This document shows, piece after piece, positions 28,148-39,128 of a DNA stretch of 64,000 nt. The notes under the pieces were generated by a model. The model searched no databases, was not told the DNA's origin, and saw nothing but the letters and a program-made list of their open reading frames with translations. The number at the start of each line of letters is the position of its first letter. The stretch's first letter is position 1. Source of the stretch: an uncultured bacterium. Lineage in GTDB: Bacteria; Fidelibacterota; Marinisomatia; SCGC-AAA003-L08; JACNLC01. The DNA lies in contig CAYPCW010000001.1 in assembly GCA_964409335.1 (NCBI GenBank), positions 31,570 through 95,569 on the forward strand. Direction: 5' to 3'. A program made the position numbers and the translations under genes.

Positions 28148-29044
28148 TTAATGTTTAGTAAATATTTCTTTTTCAATTCTTCGATGATAATTTTCTAAAA
28201 TCGACAATGTCCGGTCTTTATCATTTTGAAATTTTTTGTCTTCAGGGATATGTTTTGCAAATTTTGATAAATCTGAACTGCATAATAACTGGTGCGTATC
28301 TTTTCGTAATTTATTATCATCTATGGCGGTAGTCAGATAATTATTAATTTCTTCCGTCGTCATTTCCATCGCTTTAAAATAGAATTCATTTTCGAGAAAT
28401 TCTTTAATAATAGATGTTAGTTCCAGATAATATGATTCACAGCTTTCATGGGTTACCGGATAGGGACATTCTAATTTTTCAAGTCTTTTTTTAGCCCTGA
28501 CTAATGGTGAATCTGCCGGCTTTTGCCATTTTTCAGCTTTTACAACCGTTTTTTGTCTCTTTCTTAAGATCATCCACAGCGCAATGCCCGAAATAATGAC
28601 GATGAATAATAATATATAATTTCGGTATGGCGTATGCAGCCAAACTTCATGCATCCCTTTGATTTCCCGGATTTGTGCGTTTTCGTCTTTCAGGAGACTT
28701 TCCACAACCACGGTTTCAGGGTCTGTCACTAATGTAGTTTCCAGTTGTCCGTGGCTTAAAATATTGATGGGAATACCGGGAATTTTATACTCCCCGACTT
28801 CCCAGAACGCTAGGGTATAGGTAATTGATTCTGAACTGATTTCCTCATTGATCACGGTCATGGCATCAGATTCGGGTGTCAATTCATTGAACTTAACGGA
28901 TTTATCTGTAGGACAAACCACCGAAATTGTCAGATTCAGTTGATCACCCACCCGAAGCGTACGTTTTGAAAGTTGGGTTTCAAGAGAAACTTGTCCGGAT
29001 AAAAAAAGTGGAATGAATATTAAATAAAATACTGATTTCATCAA
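28148..29044 (-). CDS. BatD-like N-domain / DUF4381-like C-domain membrane protein
   Basis: 298 aa. Signal peptide, then a ~130-aa beta-rich domain (RVGDQLNLTISV), one TM helix, then a helical C-domain with a SDLSKFAKH-type ending as in DUF4381 proteins of Bat operons. 4-nt overlap with the upstream DUF58 gene. Confidence 0.45.
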   Translation of the reverse strand: MMKSVFYLIFIPLFLSGQVSLETQLSKRTLRVGDQLNLTISVVCPTDKSVKFNELTPESDAMTVINEEISSESITYTLAFWEVGEYKIPGIPINILSHGQLETTLVTDPETVVVESLLKDENAQIREIKGMHEVWLHTPYRNYILLFIVIISGIALWMILRKRQKTVVKAEKWQKPADSPLVRAKKRLEKLECPYPVTHESCESYYLELTSIIKEFLENEFYFKAMEMTTEEINNYLTTAIDDNKLRKDTHQLLCSSDLSKFAKHIPEDKKFQNDKDRTLSILENYHRRIEKEIFTKH

Positions 29045-29916
29045 TGTCGGGAAATTCTTTTGTTCATATAGGAAACCAGAGGGTCTACATAACCAGTTTT
29101 TGTGTTAACCTCGATTAAATCAATCTCATTTTTCTGACAATATTTCTCAAACTCCTCTAATTTCCTTTTCAAATTATCGCTGACCATTGCTCTGAACTTC
29201 GCCGAGCCTGTATCGATCCAATGAGAGGACTGAAGCTCTGGGTCATGTATTTTCACTAATCCTAAATCCGGGATTTCCAGTTCAGCGTTATCCACTACCC
29301 TTACACAAATAAGATCGTGTTTCCGGTTGGTAATATTTAAAACCTTTTCATAATCCCTGTCGAAAAAATCGGAGATTAAAAATACTACGGATTTTCGTCT
29401 TTGAGTCTCAAGGAGATGTTCCAGCGCCGAAGCCATGTTTGTCGTTCTATCCTGTGCCTGATAGTAGATCAATTCCCGGATGACTCGCAATACATGAGCT
29501 TTCCCTTTCTTCGGTGGAATATATTCTTCGATATTATTTGAGAAGAGCAATAATCCCACTTTATCGTTATTTCGTATGGCGCTAAACCCAAGAACAGCTG
29601 CGATCTCGATCATCACATCGGTCTTCAATACAATGCCGGTTCCGAAATAACCTGACGCGCTTACATCAACCAGTAACATGACGGTGAGTTCTCGTTCTTC
29701 CTCAAATTTTTTAATGTGCGGTTTTCCGGTTCTGGCGGTCACATTCCAGTCAATATTCCGGATGTCATCTCCGGGAAAATATTCGCGCACTTCAGCGAAC
29801 TCCATGCCCATTCCTTTAAAGGCAGAATGGTATTCCCCACCGAACAGGTTATTGACTAACCTTCGTGTGCGAATCTCGATCAGCCTGACTTTTTGAAGGA
29901 TCTCCGCGGGGATCAT
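29041..29916 (-). CDS. DUF58 domain protein (MoxR-associated)
   Basis: GEYHSAFKGMGMEFAEVREYFPGDDIRNIDWNVTAR is the canonical DUF58 motif. It lies immediately downstream of MoxR. Confidence 0.85.
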   Translation of the reverse strand: MIPAEILQKVRLIEIRTRRLVNNLFGGEYHSAFKGMGMEFAEVREYFPGDDIRNIDWNVTARTGKPHIKKFEEERELTVMLLVDVSASGYFGTGIVLKTDVMIEIAAVLGFSAIRNNDKVGLLLFSNNIEEYIPPKKGKAHVLRVIRELIYYQAQDRTTNMASALEHLLETQRRKSVVFLISDFFDRDYEKVLNITNRKHDLICVRVVDNAELEIPDLGLVKIHDPELQSSHWIDTGSAKFRAMVSDNLKRKLEEFEKYCQKNEIDLIEVNTKTGYVDPLVSYMNKRISRH

Positions 29917-29937
29917 ATAATCATATCCTGCTGAAAT

Positions 29938-30933
29938 TTATGGAGTTGGAACGGATTCGAATATACGGGTGATAACATCTTCCGTGGTCACGTTTTCCGC
30001 TTCTGCCTCGTAGGTGAGGATGATCCGATGACGCAATATTGCCCGGCCGATTTCTCTGACATCTTCCGGGATCACATATCCCCGATGCGACATAAATGCA
30101 GAAGCCTTTGCTGCAATCGCCATAAAAATTGTTGCCCTTGGCGACACACCAAACTCAATAAACCCTTTCAGGTCTTTCATTCCTGCAGCTTCAGGATCAC
30201 GGGTCGAAAACGTGAGTGAAACGATGTATTTCTGGATATTCTCCGCAATATGAATCTGATCCACAAGTTTCCGGGCATCTAATATTGTAGCTGCGGTAAT
30301 GACCGGGGTTAAAGGGGGCTTTTCGGCGACCATCCCCATGGTCTGAAGGATTTTCAGTTCTTCATCTATCGTGGGATAACCGACGAGCACTTTAAACATA
30401 AACCGGTCAATTTGGGCTTCCGGTAATGGATATGTTCCCTCCTGCTCGATGGGATTTTGCGTCGCCATGACTAAAAATGGGGCGTCAAGTTTATAGGTTG
30501 AATCGCCGATGGTGATCTGACGCTCCTGCATGGCTTCGAGAAGCGCACTCTGCACTTTTGCAGGTGCCCGATTAATTTCATCAGCTAAAATGATATTCGC
30601 AAATATGGGTCCCTTTTTCACCTCAAAAGTTGCTTCTTTCGGATTGTATATCAGGGTGCCCAGCAAATCTGCTGGTAATAAATCCGGGGTAAATTGAAGC
30701 CGTTGAAATTTCGTATCAATCAAGCTTGCCAATGTTTTAACGGTCAATGTTTTCGCTAATCCGGGGACACCCTCAAGAAAAATATGTCCATTGGACAGCA
30801 TCGCGATGATCAATTTATTGATGAGGTCGCTTTGTCCAACGATGACCGATGAGAGGCTACTTTTGAGGAGGTTTATAAATGCAGACTTTTCTTTTATTCT
30901 TTCGTTCAATCCTGACAGATCAAATTCAGTCAT
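29938..30933 (-). CDS. MoxR-family AAA+ ATPase
   Basis: GVPGLAKT Walker A, [23 protein letters not shown] and [22 protein letters not shown]-type motifs. Confidence 0.9.
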   Translation of the reverse strand: [331 protein letters not shown]

Positions 30934-31436
30934 CAGTTCGCCTCCGAAGCGGACGTTACCATATTATTCAACTCTGAAATTTGTTTTTCAACGTCTTCGA
31001 GACTGTCAAGTTCATATTGAACAGCGGCAACCAGTTCACTGTTCGGATATTTTTCTAAAAACGCATGATAACTTTCAATGCCATCTGTATATGCCTGGAG
31101 GTAGTTCACGTTAATGTACCCCTCCATAAACAATGCTTTCTCTGCCATATCTGATTTTGGGAATTTCCCGATAACCTTTCTAAACTCATCCAGTGCAATA
31201 TTGTAATTTTTTACATCATTTAAATATATTTCACCGATCATAAATTGTGCGTCGGCTGCTTTTTTATGTTGGGGATAATTTGTGATTATTTCGTTGAGAC
31301 TTCCGATTGATGAGTCCAGATTGTCCTGCAGTCTGAATGTCTCAGCTTCCTTCCAGAGACCGTCAACCAATGGGTCATTTTTTGAACATCCGATAAGTAA
31401 GAATAAAGCGAATAATAAGAATATAACTTTTTTCAC
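30933..31436 (-). CDS. TPR-repeat lipoprotein
   Basis: 167 aa with the lipobox LLIGC after a signal peptide and TPR-like helical repeats. GTG start preceded by AAGGAG. Its stop overlaps the moxR start by 1 nt. Confidence 0.6.
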   Translation of the reverse strand: MKKVIFLLFALFLLIGCSKNDPLVDGLWKEAETFRLQDNLDSSIGSLNEIITNYPQHKKAADAQFMIGEIYLNDVKNYNIALDEFRKVIGKFPKSDMAEKALFMEGYINVNYLQAYTDGIESYHAFLEKYPNSELVAAVQYELDSLEDVEKQISELNNMVTSASEAN

Positions 31437-31536
31437 GTAATCAAATCTCCTTTATTAATTATTGATATTAATTTTTAGGCACAAGGCTCTTTCCAAACAA
31501 GCAAGGTTTTCTTTTGTTCCGACCTGGGAATAAAAT

Positions 31537-33297
31537 TCAAAATAAGTATAGAATGGATAAAAGTATCGTTGGCTCTGACCAATTTCCCTGAGGAAATGCC
31601 ATATCAACCCTCACAGGACCAATCGGTGAATTGATGGTGATCCCCATTCCTGCATCCCAAAGCCAATTTTGGAATATCGATTTATACACACTGTCATTCA
31701 ATTTACCCGTATCAAAAAATATTTCCCCGCCAAAAAGCCAGAATATGGGGAATCGAAATTCAAAATTGGACTGGAACCGGATCATCCCTCCTTCCGGATT
31801 TATGTCGTCAGTGTCCTTCCATCCCCGGAGTGATGTGCTGCCCCCCAGTTTAAATTTATAGAACGAGGGAATGGGATCAGGATTTAAGTGACGATAATTT
31901 ATAGACTGCAAATATCCGATACGGTGATGAATTCCAAAGGTAATATTTTTATCCAGAGGGTAAAACTTTTTATATTCAAGGTCAAATTTTAGAAAATGGA
32001 CTTCGCCACCGAGGATTGTCCCATTTAATTCGGAATTAATGGAATAAAAATAACCCTGAGTCGGGTAAATAAAATTATCTAATTTCTGTTCAAGGTATGT
32101 CATCTTTATACTGCGTTTCTGGTCGGACTCCAAGGATGATTTAATGTACTCAATGTTGACGCTGCCGGTCAGTTTATATCTCTCACTGGTTCTGTAGATA
32201 AATGAAGACGCTATACCATCTAATCGTTCACCAATTTGCTCATTATGATAATACTTTATTCTGATGGGTAATCTAAAGCCGATGAGCCATGGCGTAAACC
32301 ATGACACGTTGTAATTCAGATTGGGGACTGTAATGTTTTCATCCAATCTTACTGTAACATTACTGCCGAATTCAATACGGCTCGCAGATTTGGGAACGGT
32401 ACCGGGTTGCCATTTCACATTTAATTCTAATATGGAAGCAGGCGGCGCACCTTCTCCCAGTGATGATGGCTCCTGACCGAGTCCAAGGTCGGTTTTAACC
32501 TGCTTGGATGAATATTCTCTGACCTTGACTTCTACTATGACATTATTTTCGCGGACCGAGCCGATGACCGGTCGAATTTCAACCGAGCTAAACAGTCCTG
32601 AAGAAAAAATGCGTGACTGTGATCTTTCAATTTCCTTGATATTATACACATCGCCGATATTAAATGTGATCTCGCGTGTGACAAATCCTTCAGGGAAATG
32701 GACAATACCCGAAATCATGATATTTGAGATAGAATATGTGACACCTTCGGTAATCGTAATATTCGAGACAATATCCGTATCGTGCCGGACAATGTCGGCA
32801 CTGACTTTTACCAGAATTTTCCCATTTGTAAAATAAAGATATTCAATATCTGATATCAGCCGCGACATTAAGAACGGATTATAAGGGTCACCCGTTTTTA
32901 TCCGAAGCAGCTGGAGAATAGCTTCCAGGGATACAATCTCATTCCCATGAACATTTACCCCATGAAGATAATATCTGTCTCCCTCGGATATATTATAATG
33001 AATATCGATAAACCGGTCATTTTTTAACACAGTTTCCGGGTAAATTGAAACATTGATAAATCCTTCAGCGACGTATTTATTTTTCAAAGAGAGAATATCT
33101 AGTTTCAGAGCCCGTTCGCGAAACATTATCCCTTTTAAAAAACGTTTTGGTTTTAACTGTAAATCGTTGATGAGTGTTTTACTGGGAATACTGGCATTTC
33201 CTTCAAAGATCACATGATTTACCAATCGCTTAGTTTGTGGAAAAACGAATTCTGATAATACCATTAAAAAGAAAGCAATTCTTATTATTTTGTACAT
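31537..33297 (-). CDS. Omp85-family outer-membrane protein (TamA/BamA-like, POTRA repeats plus beta-barrel)
   Basis: 586 aa. Signal peptide, POTRA-like repeats (VIFEGN...), a C-terminal barrel ending LSILYLF (aromatic beta-signal), and position directly downstream of TamB. Confidence 0.8.
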   Translation of the reverse strand: MYKIIRIAFFLMVLSEFVFPQTKRLVNHVIFEGNASIPSKTLINDLQLKPKRFLKGIMFRERALKLDILSLKNKYVAEGFINVSIYPETVLKNDRFIDIHYNISEGDRYYLHGVNVHGNEIVSLEAILQLLRIKTGDPYNPFLMSRLISDIEYLYFTNGKILVKVSADIVRHDTDIVSNITITEGVTYSISNIMISGIVHFPEGFVTREITFNIGDVYNIKEIERSQSRIFSSGLFSSVEIRPVIGSVRENNVIVEVKVREYSSKQVKTDLGLGQEPSSLGEGAPPASILELNVKWQPGTVPKSASRIEFGSNVTVRLDENITVPNLNYNVSWFTPWLIGFRLPIRIKYYHNEQIGERLDGIASSFIYRTSERYKLTGSVNIEYIKSSLESDQKRSIKMTYLEQKLDNFIYPTQGYFYSINSELNGTILGGEVHFLKFDLEYKKFYPLDKNITFGIHHRIGYLQSINYRHLNPDPIPSFYKFKLGGSTSLRGWKDTDDINPEGGMIRFQSNFEFRFPIFWLFGGEIFFDTGKLNDSVYKSIFQNWLWDAGMGITINSPIGPVRVDMAFPQGNWSEPTILLSILYLF

Positions 33298-33299
33298 TA

Positions 33300-36200
33300 T
33301 CAGTATTTAAATTTTATCCGGTAGTTCAAGTGAGGGAATCCCTGATCGTCCAGCCGGACCACCACGGATTGATTTTTATCCATCCGATAAACAATTTCGT
33401 ATTCACTCTTGATCTGTGTTGAAAAAATATCACTTTTTATATTCATATACATTTTTCGGGACAGTCGTTTACCCATGTACAGATTGACATCTATATTATT
33501 CATATCTTTTAGCAATGCCCCCTGGCTATCCAATTGAAATCGATCAACCGGACTTTTAAGAGTGATCAGTCTTTCCAATTCAGTTTCAAGGTAATTAGAG
33601 ATGATATTTGTCCCCGCATCCTGAATTTTGAAATCCTTTCCCGCAATCAAGGATTCGTCCCCTGCAAGTAAAATACGGAGAATTTCATCCTGAGAATATG
33701 CATCCGTCGGATCTTCGGATTCAAATCCAAGAATCGGATTATTTATCTGACCGGAAAATAATACTTTGTAGGATAATCCGTTGAGGTAAGTATAAGCGAT
33801 GATATCCATCTCCGGGTAATCGGATGCCGGGTCAAATGTGATCCTGCCCTCGGTGTCGGTAAATTCGTTGCCGTTGAGAAAAAAAGAACCTCCCACGATA
33901 TTAATATTTCCCGAAATCACAAAATCATTTGTTCCCACAGCGGTAAGACTAATCTCACCTTCAATTTCGATATCCATATATTCATTCTTTATGATCACAC
34001 CGGTATCCATAGGAATGTGAATATCATATATCATCATTTTCCCTTCAGAGATGTCAGTTCCGGTTATGTCAGACGCCGTACTCATTACCGGACTGATGGT
34101 AAATTCGTAAGGATCAGGTTCAAATGTCCCCGAAATGAAAATTGTATCCCGCCCGGTAATCCGAAAATTAGCTTTTCCCATTCCCGCAAAGGTATCGTAA
34201 ACATCCTCGAGATAAATATTTTTCCCCGTCGCCACAAGGTTAAAACCGGGATTAAAAAATTCAGTCAAATCCATCGACCCTTCTACTTTTATATTTTGGG
34301 TTGGGGTTTTCGGATTACGCGAGAGATGAAGCACTTTCATAAGGTAATATAAGGGAGTATTCAGGATATCGTCTTTGGGGATCTTCCGCGATTTCCCCGA
34401 GAGAGATGAAATTTTTAAGATATTATCATCAATGGTGACGATCCCTTCGATATCTGTGAACGTATTCTTAAGTGGTGAGACATTTGTAATTCCATGATTG
34501 AGGATGACCTGACCATTTCGAATGGGTGATTCAAATGTCCCATCGATCGATAGCTGGATGGAACAGTCACAGAACAGGGAATCTATAATATCGAAGTATG
34601 GATAAATAAAATCCAGTTCTCTCGTTTTTCCACTGATTAAAAGGTCAATGGGATTCCGCATGGGAAAGGATCGGTCTTCAGAAAAGTAATCCAAATCAAG
34701 CGGAATAAACCCGCTGATCGCATAGTCACCATCGTCCAGTTGGATGCGGGTTTCTCGCAGAAACAATTTTTTATTTGAATAGATAAGTTTTCCACTCGCA
34801 ACTTTACCTAATATCTGATCAAATGCAGGTGAATCAATCCGAATATCAGACGCCATGTACATATGGGAGAGTTGCCCGGTGATGTCCATATTCCCCGATA
34901 CTTTCCCTGCTGTTCTGAATTCCCAAGGAAAATAGGGTTTAATGGATTCAATTTGAAATCCGTCAAATTTTGCCAGGATGGATAACGAATCTTCAGGTAA
35001 AAAGGTCACTGTTCTGCCCGTATCCAACGATGACTCTACCCATCCGGAAAAATCAACCGATCCCTGCTCTAAACCTGCCGTCACTTTGTCAATGAGTAAA
35101 CGGTGATCGAAAAATGAAAATTTCCCATCTAGTTTTTTCAATTTTATCTCACCTAAAGTTCCATTTGTAATATGGATATCGGAGAACAAAACCGGTTTTG
35201 TATTCCATTTTGAAAATTGTGAATTTCCATTAATTATCCCTGACACCGGATGCTCAAGTCTTAACATTTTTACTACATCTTCAATATTGATGTCAGTCAG
35301 TTTCATATCAAATTCAAATTTTTCAGGATCTGCATATTTACCGGATAGAGAGATATTACCGGAATTTAACGCAAGGTTGTCACAGATGATGTTGTATTCT
35401 TCATTTTCACTGGTAATATCCAATTTACCGGAATAACTCCTTACTCCGTTTAAATTCAGAAAAATTGAGTCCAAAACAATTTGGGTCATCAGCGAATCGG
35501 TGTATCCTGATATAAAAATGAAATCGCCTTTTTCGTTATACCCATACAGGTGATCAAGGTCAATTTTCCCTTTTCGATAATGTGCTTTGATGACGGACCG
35601 GTCTAATGTGACCAATGGAAATTCCAATGATTTAGTGTTACCTATTAATTCCAATTCCGTCATTTTACCATTTTCGGTGCGGGTAGATGCTTCCCAATAG
35701 CTGTCACCTAAATTTAATTTTTGATACGTAACAGGTTTCAAAAATAATTTTGAGTTTATCCCGGTTTTTTCAGGTAACCCGACGATGTTGATAGATCCGA
35801 CACCGGTAACCTTAAGAGTTGGAAGTCCCGCAATGTAGCTTCCCGGAGAAAAATTTTTAAGCACGGCCTGACCGGATATTTTATACCGGTCTTTTTTAAT
35901 GAATAACGAATCAATCAGTCCGGTTACACCCACGAGGGAAAACTCAATCGGCCGGGTATTGATCAATACGGAATCGATGTAAGAAACCTCACCTTTTACA
36001 TGATTGATTTCAAACATATTGTACTGAAGATCGGAGATGTCGGTGTCAAAAAATATTGTGTCTGCAATACTTCGCCCCATCGAACGGATACTTCCGGTGA
36101 GAGAAATTGGCACTGAATCAATCTGTGCCGTAAATTCATTAAATATGCCCTGTGCATCCCATTGACCGCTCGTGAACGAATATTGCCCGGATATTTCAAC

Positions 36201-37028
36201 GAGTGATGTGTCAATTCTAACCGATCCTCTTTGCAACTTAAATTTATCCGCAAAGACAACACCCCGAAGATCCAGATCATCTATAGTCAGCTTGTTGGAT
36301 TTCTCCTTGCCCTTCAGATTGAAATCTACCGGAAATCCCCATTGATTAGTTTCCAGGGAGACTGATAAAGTGCCCTTGATCGTATCTCCGTTTACAATTG
36401 TGTAACTGAATGGTTCTGCAATAATGCGTTGATCTGTAAAAGTAACAAGTGTAGAATCCAGTGTACCTGACCACTCACCTTGCTGTATCGAAAGTCTTTT
36501 CAGGAATAATTTGGATTGATGGTTGTCTGCTGTTATTTGCAAATCAGCATCAATCCGGATTTCGACAGATTTTCTGTGGATCTTCAAATTATGAATACTG
36601 CACTGCCTGATGCTGAATTTGCGGGTATTGCGGGATTGGCTATGCCGGTCATCCGGTTTTTGAATTTCATTAAATGCATCAAGACTGATGTTCCCACCAT
36701 CCAGGCGAACAGTGATCAGTTCGATGTCCCCAACCCATAATTTCAGAAGATTGAACCTGATAGTCAACGAATCCACATCAAGGATCTCCTCTGACGGACT
36801 TTCACCTTTTAATTCCAGTATCTTTAGACCATGGACTAAATTGCCGGTTATCGCAGAGAATGAAACCCGGGCTGATGTTTTTTCAGACATGTATTTTGTC
36901 ACACGATCGTAGTTCATGGTGATTAATATATCTGTAAAGTAAAGACACCCCCATACACCTGCACCTGCCAGAAGAATGACGGTTGATAGAATGAATAAAA
37001 TCAGATGTTTTTTATGAAATACCAACAT
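33300..37028 (-). CDS. tamB: translocation and assembly module protein TamB (DUF490-type)
   Basis: >1200 aa. N-terminal TM anchor, a long beta-rich body and a DUF490-like C-terminus. The track start is TTG 37064. The ATG at 37028 (MLVFHKKHLILFIL...) is the more likely start. Confidence 0.75.
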   Translation of the reverse strand: MLVFHKKHLILFILSTVILLAGAGVWGCLYFTDILITMNYDRVTKYMSEKTSARVSFSAITGNLVHGLKILELKGESPSEEILDVDSLTIRFNLLKLWVGDIELITVRLDGGNISLDAFNEIQKPDDRHSQSRNTRKFSIRQCSIHNLKIHRKSVEIRIDADLQITADNHQSKLFLKRLSIQQGEWSGTLDSTLVTFTDQRIIAEPFSYTIVNGDTIKGTLSVSLETNQWGFPVDFNLKGKEKSNKLTIDDLDLRGVVFADKFKLQRGSVRIDTSLVEISGQYSFTSGQWDAQGIFNEFTAQIDSVPISLTGSIRSMGRSIADTIFFDTDISDLQYNMFEINHVKGEVSYIDSVLINTRPIEFSLVGVTGLIDSLFIKKDRYKISGQAVLKNFSPGSYIAGLPTLKVTGVGSINIVGLPEKTGINSKLFLKPVTYQKLNLGDSYWEASTRTENGKMTELELIGNTKSLEFPLVTLDRSVIKAHYRKGKIDLDHLYGYNEKGDFIFISGYTDSLMTQIVLDSIFLNLNGVRSYSGKLDITSENEEYNIICDNLALNSGNISLSGKYADPEKFEFDMKLTDINIEDVVKMLRLEHPVSGIINGNSQFSKWNTKPVLFSDIHITNGTLGEIKLKKLDGKFSFFDHRLLIDKVTAGLEQGSVDFSGWVESSLDTGRTVTFLPEDSLSILAKFDGFQIESIKPYFPWEFRTAGKVSGNMDITGQLSHMYMASDIRIDSPAFDQILGKVASGKLIYSNKKLFLRETRIQLDDGDYAISGFIPLDLDYFSEDRSFPMRNPIDLLISGKTRELDFIYPYFDIIDSLFCDCSIQLSIDGTFESPIRNGQVILNHGITNVSPLKNTFTDIEGIVTIDDNILKISSLSGKSRKIPKDDILNTPLYYLMKVLHLSRNPKTPTQNIKVEGSMDLTEFFNPGFNLVATGKNIYLEDVYDTFAGMGKANFRITGRDTIFISGTFEPDPYEFTISPVMSTASDITGTDISEGKMMIYDIHIPMDTGVIIKNEYMDIEIEGEISLTAVGTNDFVISGNINIVGGSFFLNGNEFTDTEGRITFDPASDYPEMDIIAYTYLNGLSYKVLFSGQINNPILGFESEDPTDAYSQDEILRILLAGDESLIAGKDFKIQDAGTNIISNYLETELERLITLKSPVDRFQLDSQGALLKDMNNIDVNLYMGKRLSRKMYMNIKSDIFSTQIKSEYEIVYRMDKNQSVVVRLDDQGFPHLNYRIKFKY

Positions 37029-37065
37029 AATAATTGAAGAAAAATTACAGGTGTCTGATAACAAA

Positions 37066-37089
37066 AACGGACAGTTAAAACTGTCCGTT
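37066..37089 (-). terminator. rho-independent terminator downstream of dnaK
   Basis: Perfect 9-bp stem AACGGACAG / CTGTCCGTT with a 6-nt loop. On the minus strand it is followed by TTTTTGT. It lies 31 nt after the dnaK stop. Confidence 0.7.
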
Positions 37090-37119
37090 TTATATGTTCA
37101 ATCTTATCTTTAAACAAAT

Positions 37120-39024
37120 CTATTTTTCATCTACAACTTCAAAATCAGCATCTTCAATGTTCGAATCCTTCTCGTCAGATCCGTGCTGATCGGGCTTCGG
37201 CTGATCGGAAGTTGCCTGTTGGTTTTGACCCTGTTGATATAATTTCTCGGATACCTTTGTCCAGATTTTTGTCAGAGTCTCCATCGAGGATTTAATCGCA
37301 CTTTGATCAGACCCTTTATTCTTTTCCTTCAGGGCATCGACGGCGCTCTGTATCTCTTTTTTATCCGGATCGGAAATTTTATCACCTAGATCTTTCAACT
37401 GTTTCTCAGTCTGATAAGCAAGTTGGTCGGCCTGATTATGGGTTTCAACCATGTTTTTTTTATCATGGTCTTCTCTTTCATGGCTTTTCGCATCGCGCTT
37501 CATTTTTTCAATATCACTTTCACTCAACCCGCTGGATGCTTCAATTCGGATACTCTGCTCTTTACCGGTGGCTTTATCCTTCGCTGATACATTTAATATT
37601 CCATTTGCATCGATATCAAATGTGACTTCGATTTGAGGAATACCCCGAGGCGCAGGTGGAATACCGTCAAGATGAAATCTGCCGAGGGACTTATTATCAG
37701 CGGCCATCCCCCGTTCACCCTGAAGAATGTGAATTTCTACGGATGGCTGGCTGTCAACGGCGGTTGAAAATATTTGTGATTTTTTCGTCGGAATTGTAGT
37801 ATTTGCCTCAATTAACCGGGTAGCGACTCCACCCAGGGTTTCGATCCCCAGGGATAATGGGGTGACATCGAGTAGTAAAATATCTTCTACATCCCCCGCT
37901 AACACTCCGCCTTGAATCGCGGCGCCAATGGAAACGACCTCATCCGGGTTTACACTTTTATTTGGCTCTTTTTTGAAAACCTTTTTCACCATATCCTGTA
38001 CAGATGGGATTCTGGTCGAACCTCCGACAAGTATAACTTCATCAATGTTACTTGTAGAAAGTCCGGCATCCTTCATCGCATCCAGGCAAGGTTTACGGGT
38101 TCGTTCGATCAAATGTTCCACGAGGGATTCAAATTTTGCCCGCGAAAGAGATAAATTCAAATGCTTCGGACCGCTCGAATCGGCAGTGATGAAGGGCAAA
38201 TTCACATCGGTTTGCATTGATGAGGATAATTCGATTTTTGCTTTTTCGGCGGCTTCTTTCAGTCTTTGAAGCGCCATTGGATCTTTTCGGATATCAATAC
38301 CATCTGACTTTTTAAATTCATCAGCCAGATAGTCAACCAGCATTTGGTCAAAGTCATCGCCTCCCAAATGGGTATCTCCATTGGTCGATTTGACCTCAAA
38401 CACTCCATCACCAATTTCCAGGATGGATATGTCAAATGTCCCGCCGCCTAAATCGAAAACAGCGATTTTTTCATCGTTTTTCTTATCCAGTCCGTATGCC
38501 AATGCCGCTGCAGTCGGTTCATTAATAATTCTTCGAACGTTTAATCCGGCAATAACGCCCGCATCTTTGGTGGCCTGTCGTTGAGAATCGTTAAAATATG
38601 CAGGAACGGTAATGACTGCTTCGGTCACTTTTTCACCCAGATATTCTTCAGCAGTTTGTTTGAGTTTTTGGAGGACCATCGCGCTGATCTCAGGGGGTGA
38701 GTATTTTTTCCCTTGTATATCAAACATGACCTCCCCTTTTGATCCTTTTACGATCGAGTAAGGCATTTCTTTTATTTCCTGCGCGACCTCATCATACATT
38801 CGTCCAACAAACCGTTTGGTGGACGATACTGTATTTTCCGGATTTGTCACTGCCTGGCGTTTCGCCGGTTGTCCGATTAAACGGCTGCCGTCCTTAGTGA
38901 ATGCAACCACGGATGGCGTGGTTCTTCCGCCTTCACTATTTTGTATAACCGCTGGGCTTCCGCCTTCCATTACAGACACGCAAGAGTTTGTAGTCCCCAG
39001 ATCTATACCAATTATTTTTCCCAT
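37120..39024 (-). CDS. dnaK: molecular chaperone DnaK (Hsp70)
   Basis: [17 protein letters not shown] and the remaining Hsp70 signatures. 634 aa. Confidence 0.98.
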   Translation of the reverse strand: MGKIIGIDLGTTNSCVSVMEGGSPAVIQNSEGGRTTPSVVAFTKDGSRLIGQPAKRQAVTNPENTVSSTKRFVGRMYDEVAQEIKEMPYSIVKGSKGEVMFDIQGKKYSPPEISAMVLQKLKQTAEEYLGEKVTEAVITVPAYFNDSQRQATKDAGVIAGLNVRRIINEPTAAALAYGLDKKNDEKIAVFDLGGGTFDISILEIGDGVFEVKSTNGDTHLGGDDFDQMLVDYLADEFKKSDGIDIRKDPMALQRLKEAAEKAKIELSSSMQTDVNLPFITADSSGPKHLNLSLSRAKFESLVEHLIERTRKPCLDAMKDAGLSTSNIDEVILVGGSTRIPSVQDMVKKVFKKEPNKSVNPDEVVSIGAAIQGGVLAGDVEDILLLDVTPLSLGIETLGGVATRLIEANTTIPTKKSQIFSTAVDSQPSVEIHILQGERGMAADNKSLGRFHLDGIPPAPRGIPQIEVTFDIDANGILNVSAKDKATGKEQSIRIEASSGLSESDIEKMKRDAKSHEREDHDKKNMVETHNQADQLAYQTEKQLKDLGDKISDPDKKEIQSAVDALKEKNKGSDQSAIKSSMETLTKIWTKVSEKLYQQGQNQQATSDQPKPDQHGSDEKDSNIEDADFEVVDEK

Positions 39025-39128
39025 AATAGCTCCAAAATATAAATTGATCTAATTTGGGGTTGATTCATCAACAATAATGCCGTGTGGGCAATCAGCCGTT
39101 TTGACAGCAGGAGTATGTTATTTAATGT

